Positions 49,873 to 58,955 of a stretch of 64,000 nucleotides of DNA are shown one piece after another. The notes beneath the pieces were generated by a model. The model was not told the origin of the DNA. It made no database searches and saw only the letters and a list, made by a program, of their open reading frames with translations. The translations under genes and the position numbers were made by a program. The DNA comes from a bacterium (lineage in GTDB: Bacteria; SAR324; XYD2-FULL-50-16; G965216635). Position 1 is the stretch's first letter, and every line of letters begins with the position of its first letter. The stretch spans positions 2,208,001 through 2,272,000 of the forward strand of contig OZ244188.1 of assembly GCA_965216635.1 (NCBI GenBank). The letters run 5' to 3'.

Positions 49873-51267
49873 ATGAAACAAATTTATAAAATTTTTTTAC
49901 TTTTCACTGTAATCCTATTGCTTTGTGGAACTTTAGCAATAGCTGATGGAGGCAATTCTCCTAAACAGTACAATTCTGACCCCATTATAAAGTTTTTTAA
50001 AATGGGTCAGTCGGAAATGACGACTATTGCACCAACAAATGCCTTAGGCAGAGAAATCAACCAACTTTATGCTCTGATGACATGGATTGGAGTAGGAATT
50101 ATGGCAGTGGTGGGTATTCTTTTCTTTGTTATCATTTTTCGCTTTCGCGAAAAAAAACATCCTAAAATAACTCCTGTTAAAGGAGGCACTTTTTTAGAGA
50201 TTCTTTGGACGGTTATACCTGCACTTATTCTTGTTATTATTGCTATTCCTACTGTTAGGCTGGTTTTTAAAATAGAAAATTTTCCTAGTTTTGCAGATAA
50301 AAAACCAATTCATTATACTTTCGGCTCTGAAGCAGACCAAACCTATAACCGTTATCTTAGAGTAGCTGTTGTTGGACACCAGTGGTGGTGGGAGTTTGAA
50401 TATTTGGGGTGGCATATTTTGGAAAATGGAGAAGAAAAATTTATTCCCATAGATAAAGTTGCGGCTAATGAAGCCCGCTTTCCAGTCAATGTTCCGATTT
50501 TATTTGAATTGAACTCTGAAGATGTTATTCATTCTTTTTGGGTACCTAGGTTGGCTGGTAAAATAGACGCAAACCCAGGAATTACAAACCATATTAGTTT
50601 TGTTTTTGAAGAAGCTGGTTATTTTTGGGGACAATGCGTAGAATACTGCGGTGCGTCGCATGCGCTGATGAGATTTAATTTGGTAGGCGTGAGTGATGCA
50701 GAATTTCAAGATTGGTTAAACTGGGGAAAAGGAAAACCTATTGCAAAAACAGCTTCTGCTAAAAAAGGAAAAGAATTGATGACTAGCTGTTTTGCCTGTC
50801 ATACAATGGACGGAATGAACGATTTTATTTCTCGTAAAGAAAAATATGCGAATGCTATGAATGATTTTGAAGTCCAAAATACAGAATACCAAAGGGCATT
50901 GAAAATTTGGAAAGAAACTCCCGAAGAAGACGGCGAAGGGCATTTTGAAAAATACAAAACTAAACCGAAATCTCCTAGCCTGCCTAGACTTTACAAAGGC
51001 TACTTGAAAACAGTGGCTCCCGATTTAACAGACATTTCTTTGAGGAAAAGAATTATTTCTGGGGTTAAAGAAAATAATGTAACCGAATTACAAAAATGGA
51101 TACAGAATCCACCCAAAGTAAAACCTGAAATAAAAAATACTGTGGTCCCCAGAATGCCTGTTTATGAAAATATTTATACAAAAGAGCAGATTGCTGATAT
51201 TGTAGAATTTTTACTTACAGTGGAATACTCGGGTTCTCCCGATGCTGATTCCCTAAAAATAAGATAA
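49873..51267 (+). CDS. coxB: Cytochrome c oxidase subunit II with fused cytochrome c (caa3 type)
   Basis: GHQWWW, DVIHSFW, CVEYCGASHALM (CuA) and CFACH heme motif. Confidence 0.95.
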   Translation: MKQIYKIFLLFTVILLLCGTLAIADGGNSPKQYNSDPIIKFFKMGQSEMTTIAPTNALGREINQLYALMTWIGVGIMAVVGILFFVIIFRFREKKHPKITPVKGGTFLEILWTVIPALILVIIAIPTVRLVFKIENFPSFADKKPIHYTFGSEADQTYNRYLRVAVVGHQWWWEFEYLGWHILENGEEKFIPIDKVAANEARFPVNVPILFELNSEDVIHSFWVPRLAGKIDANPGITNHISFVFEEAGYFWGQCVEYCGASHALMRFNLVGVSDAEFQDWLNWGKGKPIAKTASAKKGKELMTSCFACHTMDGMNDFISRKEKYANAMNDFEVQNTEYQRALKIWKETPEEDGEGHFEKYKTKPKSPSLPRLYKGYLKTVAPDLTDISLRKRIISGVKENNVTELQKWIQNPPKVKPEIKNTVVPRMPVYENIYTKEQIADIVEFLLTVEYSGSPDADSLKIR

Positions 51268-51279
51268 ATAGATAAAACA

Positions 51280-53097
51280 ATGCAAACATACAAAAAATCT
51301 TTTTTAGTAGAATGGCTCACCACAGTAGACCATAAAAAAATAGGTATCCTTTATTTTTTCACTGCGGTTTTCTTTTTATTTGTTGCCGGTTTAGAGGCTC
51401 TGCTCATTCGCACTCAACTGATTGTCCCCAACAACGATTTTCTCGTTGGTATGGCTTTTAATAAGACATTCACTATGCACGGCACGACTATGATTTTCTT
51501 AGTTGTGATGCCTCTTAATGCTGCGTTTTTTAATTTTATTATGCCCTTGCAAATAGGAGCTAGGGATGTGGCTTTTCCAAGACTTAACGCCTTTACCTAC
51601 TGGATTTTTCTATTTGGCGGGCTTTTCTTGCACGCCTCTTTTTTCATTCCTAATGCAGTGCCAGACGGTGGTTGGTTTGGTTATGCAAACCTCTCCTTGA
51701 AAGACTATCTGCCTACTTTGAGTATGGATATTTGGTTGTTTTCTTTGCAGATATTAGGTTTGTCTACACTAGTAGCTTCTTTCAATTTCTTTATAACTAT
51801 TTTGAATATGAGAACCAAAGGAATGAGCTTTTTTAGGATGCCACTTTTTACTTGGACTACGCTGGTTACACAACTTTTGATTATTATGTCTTTTCCAGTG
51901 ATAACAATCGCTTTAATCCTATTAATGTTTGATAGAATTTTTGGCACCAGTTTTTATAGTGCCGAAGGCGGTGGTAATGTTGTTCTTTGGCAACATTTAT
52001 TTTGGATATTCGGGCATCCTGAAGTTTATATTTTGATACTACCTCCCATGGGCGCAGTATCAGAGATTTTGGCTACTCAATCTAGAAAGACTATTTTTGG
52101 CTATCCCCTAATGATAATTTCGGTGTGTGCTATTGGATTTTTAGGTTTTTCTGTTTGGGCACATCATATGTTTTCTGTAGGTATGGGAAAATGGGCGAAC
52201 GCTGCTTTTGCTGTAGCCACGATGACAATTGCTATTCCTACTGGTGTGAAAATTTTTAACTGGCTCTTTACGATGTGGGGAGGTTCTATTAAAATCAATT
52301 CCGCTTTTCTTTTTGCAATAGGCTTTGTTTTGATGTTCACCATCGGCGGTATTACTGGCATTATGCACGCTTCTGTGCCAGTAGATTTACAGCACCAAGA
52401 TACTTATTTTGTTGTCGGACATTTTCATTATGTTTTGATTGGCGGCTCTTTGATGGGTATTTTAGGAGCTATTTACTACTGGTTTCCTAAAATGTTTGGC
52501 AGGTGTTTAAACGAAAAAGTTGGGATTATACAATTTATTTTGCTTCTTATAGGAATGAATCTGACTTTTATGCCAATGCACTTTTTAGGAGTAGAAGGTA
52601 TGCCTCGCAGAATTTATACTTATGGAGCAGAACAAGGCTGGACCTACTGGAATCAAGTGACCACTATTGGTGCCTATATTCAAGCTATTTCTTTCGTTTT
52701 GTTTTTCTCCAATATTTTTGATAGTTTAAGAAAACCAAAAAACGCACCCGCAGATCCTTGGAACGCAAGAACTTTGGAATGGTCTATTTCTTCTCCCCCA
52801 CCAGAATTTAATTTTTATAAAAATCCAGAGGTGAAAAAGATTGATGATTTTTGGTATAACAAACAAAAAATAAAAGATAAAGCTATTGAAAAATTAAAAG
52901 GAAACGAACGAGTGCATTTACCTAATCCTTCTTGGTATCCTCTTTTATCCGCTGCATCGCTGATCTTTTTGCCCATAGGCTTGCTGATTTATTCAGCGAC
53001 AGATAGCACGGTGCATTCTGTTTTGCTTGTGTCTGTAGTAGGATTTTTAATGACTATCTTTTTTGGTTTTAAGTGGGCGCTTGAGCCTGCCGATTAA
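51280..53097 (+). CDS. coxA: Cytochrome c oxidase subunit I, A1 type
   Basis: DHKKIG, GHPEVY, WAHH, HFHY and GMPRR motifs; two extra C-terminal TMs. Confidence 0.97.
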   Translation: MQTYKKSFLVEWLTTVDHKKIGILYFFTAVFFLFVAGLEALLIRTQLIVPNNDFLVGMAFNKTFTMHGTTMIFLVVMPLNAAFFNFIMPLQIGARDVAFPRLNAFTYWIFLFGGLFLHASFFIPNAVPDGGWFGYANLSLKDYLPTLSMDIWLFSLQILGLSTLVASFNFFITILNMRTKGMSFFRMPLFTWTTLVTQLLIIMSFPVITIALILLMFDRIFGTSFYSAEGGGNVVLWQHLFWIFGHPEVYILILPPMGAVSEILATQSRKTIFGYPLMIISVCAIGFLGFSVWAHHMFSVGMGKWANAAFAVATMTIAIPTGVKIFNWLFTMWGGSIKINSAFLFAIGFVLMFTIGGITGIMHASVPVDLQHQDTYFVVGHFHYVLIGGSLMGILGAIYYWFPKMFGRCLNEKVGIIQFILLLIGMNLTFMPMHFLGVEGMPRRIYTYGAEQGWTYWNQVTTIGAYIQAISFVLFFSNIFDSLRKPKNAPADPWNARTLEWSISSPPPEFNFYKNPEVKKIDDFWYNKQKIKDKAIEKLKGNERVHLPNPSWYPLLSAASLIFLPIGLLIYSATDSTVHSVLLVSVVGFLMTIFFGFKWALEPAD

Positions 53098-53117
53098 TTT
53101 TTTTATAAAATATCAAA

Positions 53118-53714
53118 ATGATTTTTACTCAAATTTTGTCAGTTCTAGCAACGCAGTTAAACGCTGCTGTGTTTATAGTACTTGTCATATTAGTAGGTAT
53201 GTTTTTTCTATTTTATAAGTTTGGAGGGTTTGTAAGCAAATGGACAGATAGAGACAATGCCATTAAAGATTTACAAAAAAAATGGGATAAAAGTATTCCT
53301 CATTTACAAACTCGGATGGATTTGATTTTTCAGAAAGTCTATTCAGACACTGTAACTAAATCAGAAAGTCCAGTTCAACTCACAGAAGTAGGCAAAGATG
53401 TATCGGAAGCACTGAAGGCAGAAGATTTTATTGAAAAAAACAAAGAAGTATTAGTAAAATTAGTAGATAAAGAACATCCAACAAGTGCCTATGATTTGCA
53501 AAAGGCGTGTTTTTTGGTAATAGAAGAACATTTGGTGAATTTATTAGACGCATCTGGGATGAAAATAGCCAAAGATAAATCGTTCCAATATAGTTTACCC
53601 TTAGATCATACTTTGGAAGTTTTTGCTGTTTTACTTCGCAATAGACTAATGAAAGAGAGTGGATATAAATATGGGTTAGAATCAACCGATTCTAATATTT
53701 TATCTTCTTCGTAA
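53118..53714 (+). CDS. Hypothetical single-TM protein inserted in the oxidase operon
   Basis: 198-aa ORF with N-terminal TM, short coil and SPVQLTEVG; not an oxidase subunit. Confidence 0.7.
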   Translation: MIFTQILSVLATQLNAAVFIVLVILVGMFFLFYKFGGFVSKWTDRDNAIKDLQKKWDKSIPHLQTRMDLIFQKVYSDTVTKSESPVQLTEVGKDVSEALKAEDFIEKNKEVLVKLVDKEHPTSAYDLQKACFLVIEEHLVNLLDASGMKIAKDKSFQYSLPLDHTLEVFAVLLRNRLMKESGYKYGLESTDSNILSSS

Positions 53715-53730
53715 AAATTTAAAAAAAAAT

Positions 53731-54336
53731 ATGAGTTATGTTCCTTGCACTGGCGTAGATAGTAGAAAAATAGGTATGTGGGTCGTTATTGGTTCTGAAT
53801 GTATGCTTTTTGGCACTCTCATTATCAACTATATTATTTCTGCTAGTAAAATTATTAGAGACCCCAGCCCAGGTTTGATAAAACCTATAGAAATTTTTAA
53901 CATTTTAGTTACCTCTACAAGCACTTTTGTGCTTTTAATGAGTTCTTTGGCGATGGTGCTTTGCCTCGCGGGACTCAACGAAGGTAATTTGCGTAAATTT
54001 CGTAAGTGGTGTTTTATCACGGCATTGCTTGGAGCTGTTTTTTTAGGATTTCAAGTTTATGAATTTACCGAATTTTATCTAAAAGGATTAGGTTTTACCC
54101 ATAGTATTTTCAGTTCTGCTTTTTTTAGTCTTACTGGAACTCACGGTGCCCATGTTTTTGTAGGCGTTGTAATGCTTACTGGAATTGGTGTGTGGTCTTT
54201 CAAAGGAGATATTAACGCGAAGAGGCACTCTGTTGTTGTGGAAACTATTGGATTATACTGGCATTTTGTGGATGTGATTTGGATTATTATTTTCACGGTT
54301 GTTTATTTGTTTGTATATGCTCCACTCCCTTATTAA
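53731..54336 (+). CDS. coxC: Cytochrome c oxidase subunit III
   Basis: SECMLF, TGTHGAHV and YWHFVDVIW motifs. Confidence 0.95.
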   Translation: MSYVPCTGVDSRKIGMWVVIGSECMLFGTLIINYIISASKIIRDPSPGLIKPIEIFNILVTSTSTFVLLMSSLAMVLCLAGLNEGNLRKFRKWCFITALLGAVFLGFQVYEFTEFYLKGLGFTHSIFSSAFFSLTGTHGAHVFVGVVMLTGIGVWSFKGDINAKRHSVVVETIGLYWHFVDVIWIIIFTVVYLFVYAPLPY

Positions 54337-54412
54337 GACCACCGCGTTGGTGTTATGTTTAGCCCATGCTTCGTTAAGTCTAGGTTACATAACACCAACG
54401 CAATGGTCTTAA
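54333..54412. repeat. 80-bp long hairpin overlapping the coxC stop
   Basis: TTAAGACCA..GCGTTGGTGTTATGT / ACATAACACCAACGC..TGGTCTTAA. Confidence 0.85.
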
Positions 54413-54441
54413 ACTATTAGTAATTTTAATTTAATAAAAAA

Positions 54442-54738
54442 ATGTCCGCACACGCATCCAATAAAACTTACTGGCTGGTAGCCTTAATACTTGCTGTTAT
54501 CACTGCACTAGAAGTAGCCTATCCTTTTGCGACGGCTGGCATTGGTGGTTTGGATTACTACTATATGCCAATTTTGGCATCAATGTCTGCCTTAAAATTC
54601 TTTTTAGTTGTCGCTTTTTTTATGCACTTAAAATTTGATACTTCGTTGCTGACTTGGATTTTAATGTTCTCACTTGGTTTGGCGTTCTCTATAAGTGTTG
54701 CTATGATGGTCTTGTTTAGTGTAATCAAATGGTGGTAG
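54442..54738 (+). CDS. Cytochrome c oxidase subunit IV (CtaF-like)
   Basis: 3 TM helices, KFFLVVAFFMHLKFD motif. Confidence 0.88.
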   Translation: MSAHASNKTYWLVALILAVITALEVAYPFATAGIGGLDYYYMPILASMSALKFFLVVAFFMHLKFDTSLLTWILMFSLGLAFSISVAMMVLFSVIKWW

Positions 54739-54786
54739 TTTCTAGCGATTATGCTTTGGCTAAATAGAACGCAAATTTAAAACGCT

Positions 54787-55542
54787 ATGCTTTCCCCTGA
54801 GACTATCCAGCGTTACTCTTCCCAAATTATTCTCCATGAAATAGGAGCCTTAGGGCAAAAAAAAATCTGCGATGCAAAAATTTTAATCATAGGCGTCGGA
54901 GGATTGGGTTCTGCTTGCTCTCTTTATCTAGTGGCAGCAGGTGTTGGTTTTTTAGGTTTATTGGATGACGACAAATTAGAACTTTCCAATCTGCACCGTC
55001 AAATTCTCTACAAAAGCAATTCTATAGGTAAGGAGAAAACTACTCTAGCCCAAAACAGACTCAAAGAAAATAACCCCAACTTACACTTTGAACTCTACAC
55101 AGAAAGATTTGATTTTTCTAATTACAAAAAAGAAGGAACACAAAAATTTAAAGACTACAATTTAATTGTAGATTGCAGTGATAATATGCAAACAAAAATC
55201 TCTGCTAACCGACTCGCACTCTATCATAAAATCCCTATTATTTTTGGAGCTGCTATTCAATGGAACGGAAATGTTTTTGCCAGCCGACCCTTTCAAGACG
55301 CTTGCTACGAATGTCTTTACAGTTTAGTAGAGACAGAAGCCCGTTGTGATGACTTGGGAGTTATGGGTCCCCTTGTAGGTATTATAGGGAATATACAGGC
55401 ACTCACTGCTATAAAAATTATAACCCAAGAAAATAATAATGCTATTTTTAACACAATGCACTTTATAGATGGCTTGCATTTTCGCTTACAATCCATCAAA
55501 CTAAAAAAAAAGCAAAACTGCCCCGCTTGTTCCAAACAATAA
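54787..55542 (+). CDS. MoeB/ThiF-family adenylyltransferase
   Basis: GVGGLG, SNLHRQ, CYEC and CPAC motifs. Confidence 0.92.
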   Translation: MLSPETIQRYSSQIILHEIGALGQKKICDAKILIIGVGGLGSACSLYLVAAGVGFLGLLDDDKLELSNLHRQILYKSNSIGKEKTTLAQNRLKENNPNLHFELYTERFDFSNYKKEGTQKFKDYNLIVDCSDNMQTKISANRLALYHKIPIIFGAAIQWNGNVFASRPFQDACYECLYSLVETEARCDDLGVMGPLVGIIGNIQALTAIKIITQENNNAIFNTMHFIDGLHFRLQSIKLKKKQNCPACSKQ

Positions 55543-55630
55543 GCCTATTTAGATATTTAACTATGCAAGCAAGAATTCAATCTATCCGTTTAAAAAATTT
55601 TAAGTTACAAACAACATAAGCAAAATAATT

Positions 55631-56752
55631 ATGAAAATCAGACCTGAAATAATAAGGGTGAAAGCTGATAATTTATTATTAGACGATAAAAATCCTCGGC
55701 TACCAGAAAATGTTTCTATCTCTACGCAAGAAGAGATTTGGGAATTTATGAAAAAGGCATACGATTTAGATGAATTGGCTTTGTCTATGATAGCCAATGG
55801 TTATTTTGAAGCAAAGCCTATGGTGGTTATTCCTAAGGATTGTGAGTTTGCAGAAGGACAAGAAGATGCTTACAACACTTATAAAAACAATCTTGAGAGT
55901 CAATACATAGTTGTAGAAGGCAATAGGAGGCTCTCCACTATTCAAGGATTATTAAAAAATAAATTTTCAGAGTGTTTGCTTACTAATGACTTGAAAAAGC
56001 AATTTAAAGATTTACCTGTTTTATTCTATCCTAATAGAAAGAATGTACTGACATTTTTAGGAGTTCATCACTTAGCAGTAGTGCGTAGATGGAGGATGTA
56101 TGAAAGAGCTAGCTTTATTGTAAAACTCAAGCATGAAAAAAAGATGTCTATTGAAGATATTCAGAAAACTATAGGAGACAAAAGAAATTCCGTTAAGAAA
56201 ATTTATGTGTGTTATAAGTTGGTTGAAATAATTAAAAACTACGATGCTGATTTTAATACAAATGATGCCAAATCTAACTTTTCGTTTTTACCATTAGCTA
56301 CAGGGCAAGAACCTATTAGAAAATTTATCGGATTAGAATCTTGGAACAATATCGCAGATTTAGAACAACCAATTCTAGATGATAAAAAAAAAGATTTAAA
56401 ATTTTTGTTTGAGTGTTTGTTTGATAACAACAGTAAAAAAAGATTAATAAGAGAGTCTAGAGATATTACCAACAAATTAAATAAAATATTTGAAGACGAA
56501 AGTGCTACTCAAATATTCAAAGATACTTTAGACATAAACGTTGCCTTTGATATGGTTGGTGGAGAACTTATTGGATTGAATAATCTTTCTAATCAAGCAA
56601 AAAAAAGACTTGAAACTGTGAATGCAAAATTATCTGGTATGAATATTAAAAATCAAGTTTCTAGTCACGAAGAAGGACAAAAATTGCAAAACCATATAAT
56701 TACAATAAAGAATATTGTAGAAGATATAAATAAAAAATTTGAAAATGAATAA
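55631..56752 (+). CDS. ParB/Srx-like N-terminal domain protein
   Basis: LLLDDKNPRL, LALSMIANGY and YIVVEGNRRL motifs. Confidence 0.75.
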   Translation: MKIRPEIIRVKADNLLLDDKNPRLPENVSISTQEEIWEFMKKAYDLDELALSMIANGYFEAKPMVVIPKDCEFAEGQEDAYNTYKNNLESQYIVVEGNRRLSTIQGLLKNKFSECLLTNDLKKQFKDLPVLFYPNRKNVLTFLGVHHLAVVRRWRMYERASFIVKLKHEKKMSIEDIQKTIGDKRNSVKKIYVCYKLVEIIKNYDADFNTNDAKSNFSFLPLATGQEPIRKFIGLESWNNIADLEQPILDDKKKDLKFLFECLFDNNSKKRLIRESRDITNKLNKIFEDESATQIFKDTLDINVAFDMVGGELIGLNNLSNQAKKRLETVNAKLSGMNIKNQVSSHEEGQKLQNHIITIKNIVEDINKKFENE

Positions 56753-57593
56753 TTTTATTGAATTAGAAAAAAACTTACTTCTTTGTGATTCTGTTTCTAA
56801 GCAATCTTTGAGAAGCGAAATAGAAGGTAGCGAGTTAGATGAACAGGAGAATGATGCAGAACAAGATGATGGTATTGAAAGTAAATCAAACGATGAATTT
56901 GATAAATATCTTAAATTGGCTAATTTATTCGGGAATGATGTTTTTATTTATGATAAAGACACAGAGACTATTGCTTTTAGTGAAAACTTTCAAGCAAAAT
57001 CTGAATACTTACTTTGTATTGAATGTATGAAAAAAATAGATAATAAAGATGTTCGTGACAGAATGTCTGGTCTATTTGAAGAATGTTCTGCGGAAGCAAT
57101 AAAAAATTATTTAGGTAAAGACGCTCAATATAAATTGATTGATGACACACGGAAACAAACAATAGATTTTGAAAAATTTTGTAGTGAAGAATTATTTGAA
57201 AAAAATCATCCTAATGCTCAAGAAAATTTTGAGAATAATGAAAAAATTCCTAGGTGCGATGTAGTTGCATGGAAACCTTTAGATAAAATGAGTGGAAAAA
57301 TTATTCTACTAGTACAATGTAAGTCTGGAAAAAATTGGAAGAACAGTACTGCCGTGAATCTACGTTTATGGAAAGAAAATTTAATTTATTTTACCTGTGA
57401 ACCTATAAGTGTTTATACTATTACAGATATAATAGATGAAAATGAATCTTTCATTGATAGAGGTAAAGAAAAAGGATTAATATTAGATAGAGCAAGAATT
57501 ATTCGCTTATTGGCAACAGCAAAAACAGATAAAATTGAAAAAGTAAGAATCCAAATTAAAGAACTTTTTAAAAACAGTAAATTACGAGTATGA
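56739..57593 (+). CDS. Putative restriction endonuclease-fold protein
   Basis: LFEE...CDVVAW...LVQCKSG D-(x)-QxK pattern; overlaps both neighbours. Confidence 0.65.
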   Translation: MKMNNFIELEKNLLLCDSVSKQSLRSEIEGSELDEQENDAEQDDGIESKSNDEFDKYLKLANLFGNDVFIYDKDTETIAFSENFQAKSEYLLCIECMKKIDNKDVRDRMSGLFEECSAEAIKNYLGKDAQYKLIDDTRKQTIDFEKFCSEELFEKNHPNAQENFENNEKIPRCDVVAWKPLDKMSGKIILLVQCKSGKNWKNSTAVNLRLWKENLIYFTCEPISVYTITDIIDENESFIDRGKEKGLILDRARIIRLLATAKTDKIEKVRIQIKELFKNSKLRV

Positions 57594-58915
57594 AATTTAT
57601 TGATCTATTTGCTGGTTTAGGCGGTTTTCATATTGGGCTTAAAAGTATAAATGCTGAATGCGTATTTCCTTGTGAAATAGATAAAAATTTACGCAATTTA
57701 TATGAAGAAAATTTTGGAATAGAATGTCAAGGTGATATTACTCAAATAGATGAAAAAAAAATTCCACCGCATGATATTTTATGTGCGGGGTTTCCTTGTC
57801 AACCTTTTTCAAAAGCAGGCAAACAAAAAGGATTAAGTGATGTAGGTCGTGGAGATTTAATTTATAAAATTATTGATATTCTTTCTCATCATCAACCACA
57901 ATATTTTATTTTAGAAAATGTCCCTAATTTTAAAACTCATAATGAAGGAAAAACTTGGAGAAGAGTAGAAGAACAATTGAAAAATTGTGGTTATTTTATA
58001 CAAGATTTAATCTCCTCTCCGCATGATTTTGGTATCCCACATAAAAGAGAGAGAATATTTATTATTGGTTCTAAAAAAAGCATTTCTTTACCTTTTTTTT
58101 CAAAAACTAGTGAGCAAGATATAAATGAATTTTTAGAACCAAATAACCAAACCGACAAAAAACTATCTGATAAACAATTAAAATGTTTGAAATTGTGGCA
58201 AAAATTTATTTCAGTTTTACCTAAAAAACAACCACTTCCAAAATTTCCTATTTGGGCTATGGAATTTGGTGCAACATACCCTTTGAACAGCAAATGTCCT
58301 TACTATATGTCTGTACAGGAATTAGCAAAATACAAAGGAGCTTTTGGAGAAAGCCTTAAAGATTTTTCAAAAGAACAGCAACTTCTTAAATTACCTAGCT
58401 ATGCTATTTATCAGCAAAAAGAATTTCCAAAATGGAAAATAAATTATATTCAAAAAAATAGAAATTTTTGGAATGAGAATAAAAAAATCATTGAACCCTT
58501 ACTCCTTCAAATAAAAACTAATATTAACAGTTGGCAAAAATTAGAGTGGAATGCTGGTGATGATCAAAGAGATATTTTTAAATATGTATTGCAATTTAGA
58601 TCCTCTGGAATTCGTGTGAAAAGTCGTTGTTCTGTCTCTTCTTTAGTACTGACAGGAACACAGACTCCCGTTATTGCTTGGGAAAAACGCTATTTAAATT
58701 TAAGAGAAGCTCAAAAATTACAAGGTTTTGAAGATATTAATATTGCCCTAGAATCAGAATCACAATCATTTAGAGCTTTAGGCAATGCAGTAAATACAAA
58801 GGTTGTCCACGAAATTGTGAAAAAAATATTCCCAAAAGAAGTTATTGTTGCGGGTGCGCTAAAAAAACAAAGTATAACAATACCAATAGTTAACTATAAT
58901 CAACACAGAATTTAG
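57590..58915 (+). CDS. C5-cytosine DNA methyltransferase, M.AluI-like long variable region
   Basis: FAGLGG, GFPCQ, ENV, RERIFI, KLEW, QFRSSGIRVK and LGNAV motifs. Confidence 0.93.
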   Translation: MKFIDLFAGLGGFHIGLKSINAECVFPCEIDKNLRNLYEENFGIECQGDITQIDEKKIPPHDILCAGFPCQPFSKAGKQKGLSDVGRGDLIYKIIDILSHHQPQYFILENVPNFKTHNEGKTWRRVEEQLKNCGYFIQDLISSPHDFGIPHKRERIFIIGSKKSISLPFFSKTSEQDINEFLEPNNQTDKKLSDKQLKCLKLWQKFISVLPKKQPLPKFPIWAMEFGATYPLNSKCPYYMSVQELAKYKGAFGESLKDFSKEQQLLKLPSYAIYQQKEFPKWKINYIQKNRNFWNENKKIIEPLLLQIKTNINSWQKLEWNAGDDQRDIFKYVLQFRSSGIRVKSRCSVSSLVLTGTQTPVIAWEKRYLNLREAQKLQGFEDINIALESESQSFRALGNAVNTKVVHEIVKKIFPKEVIVAGALKKQSITIPIVNYNQHRI

Positions 58916-58955
58916 TTGTAAAGACAGTATTTTGTATAAAATTATTTTCTAATAA

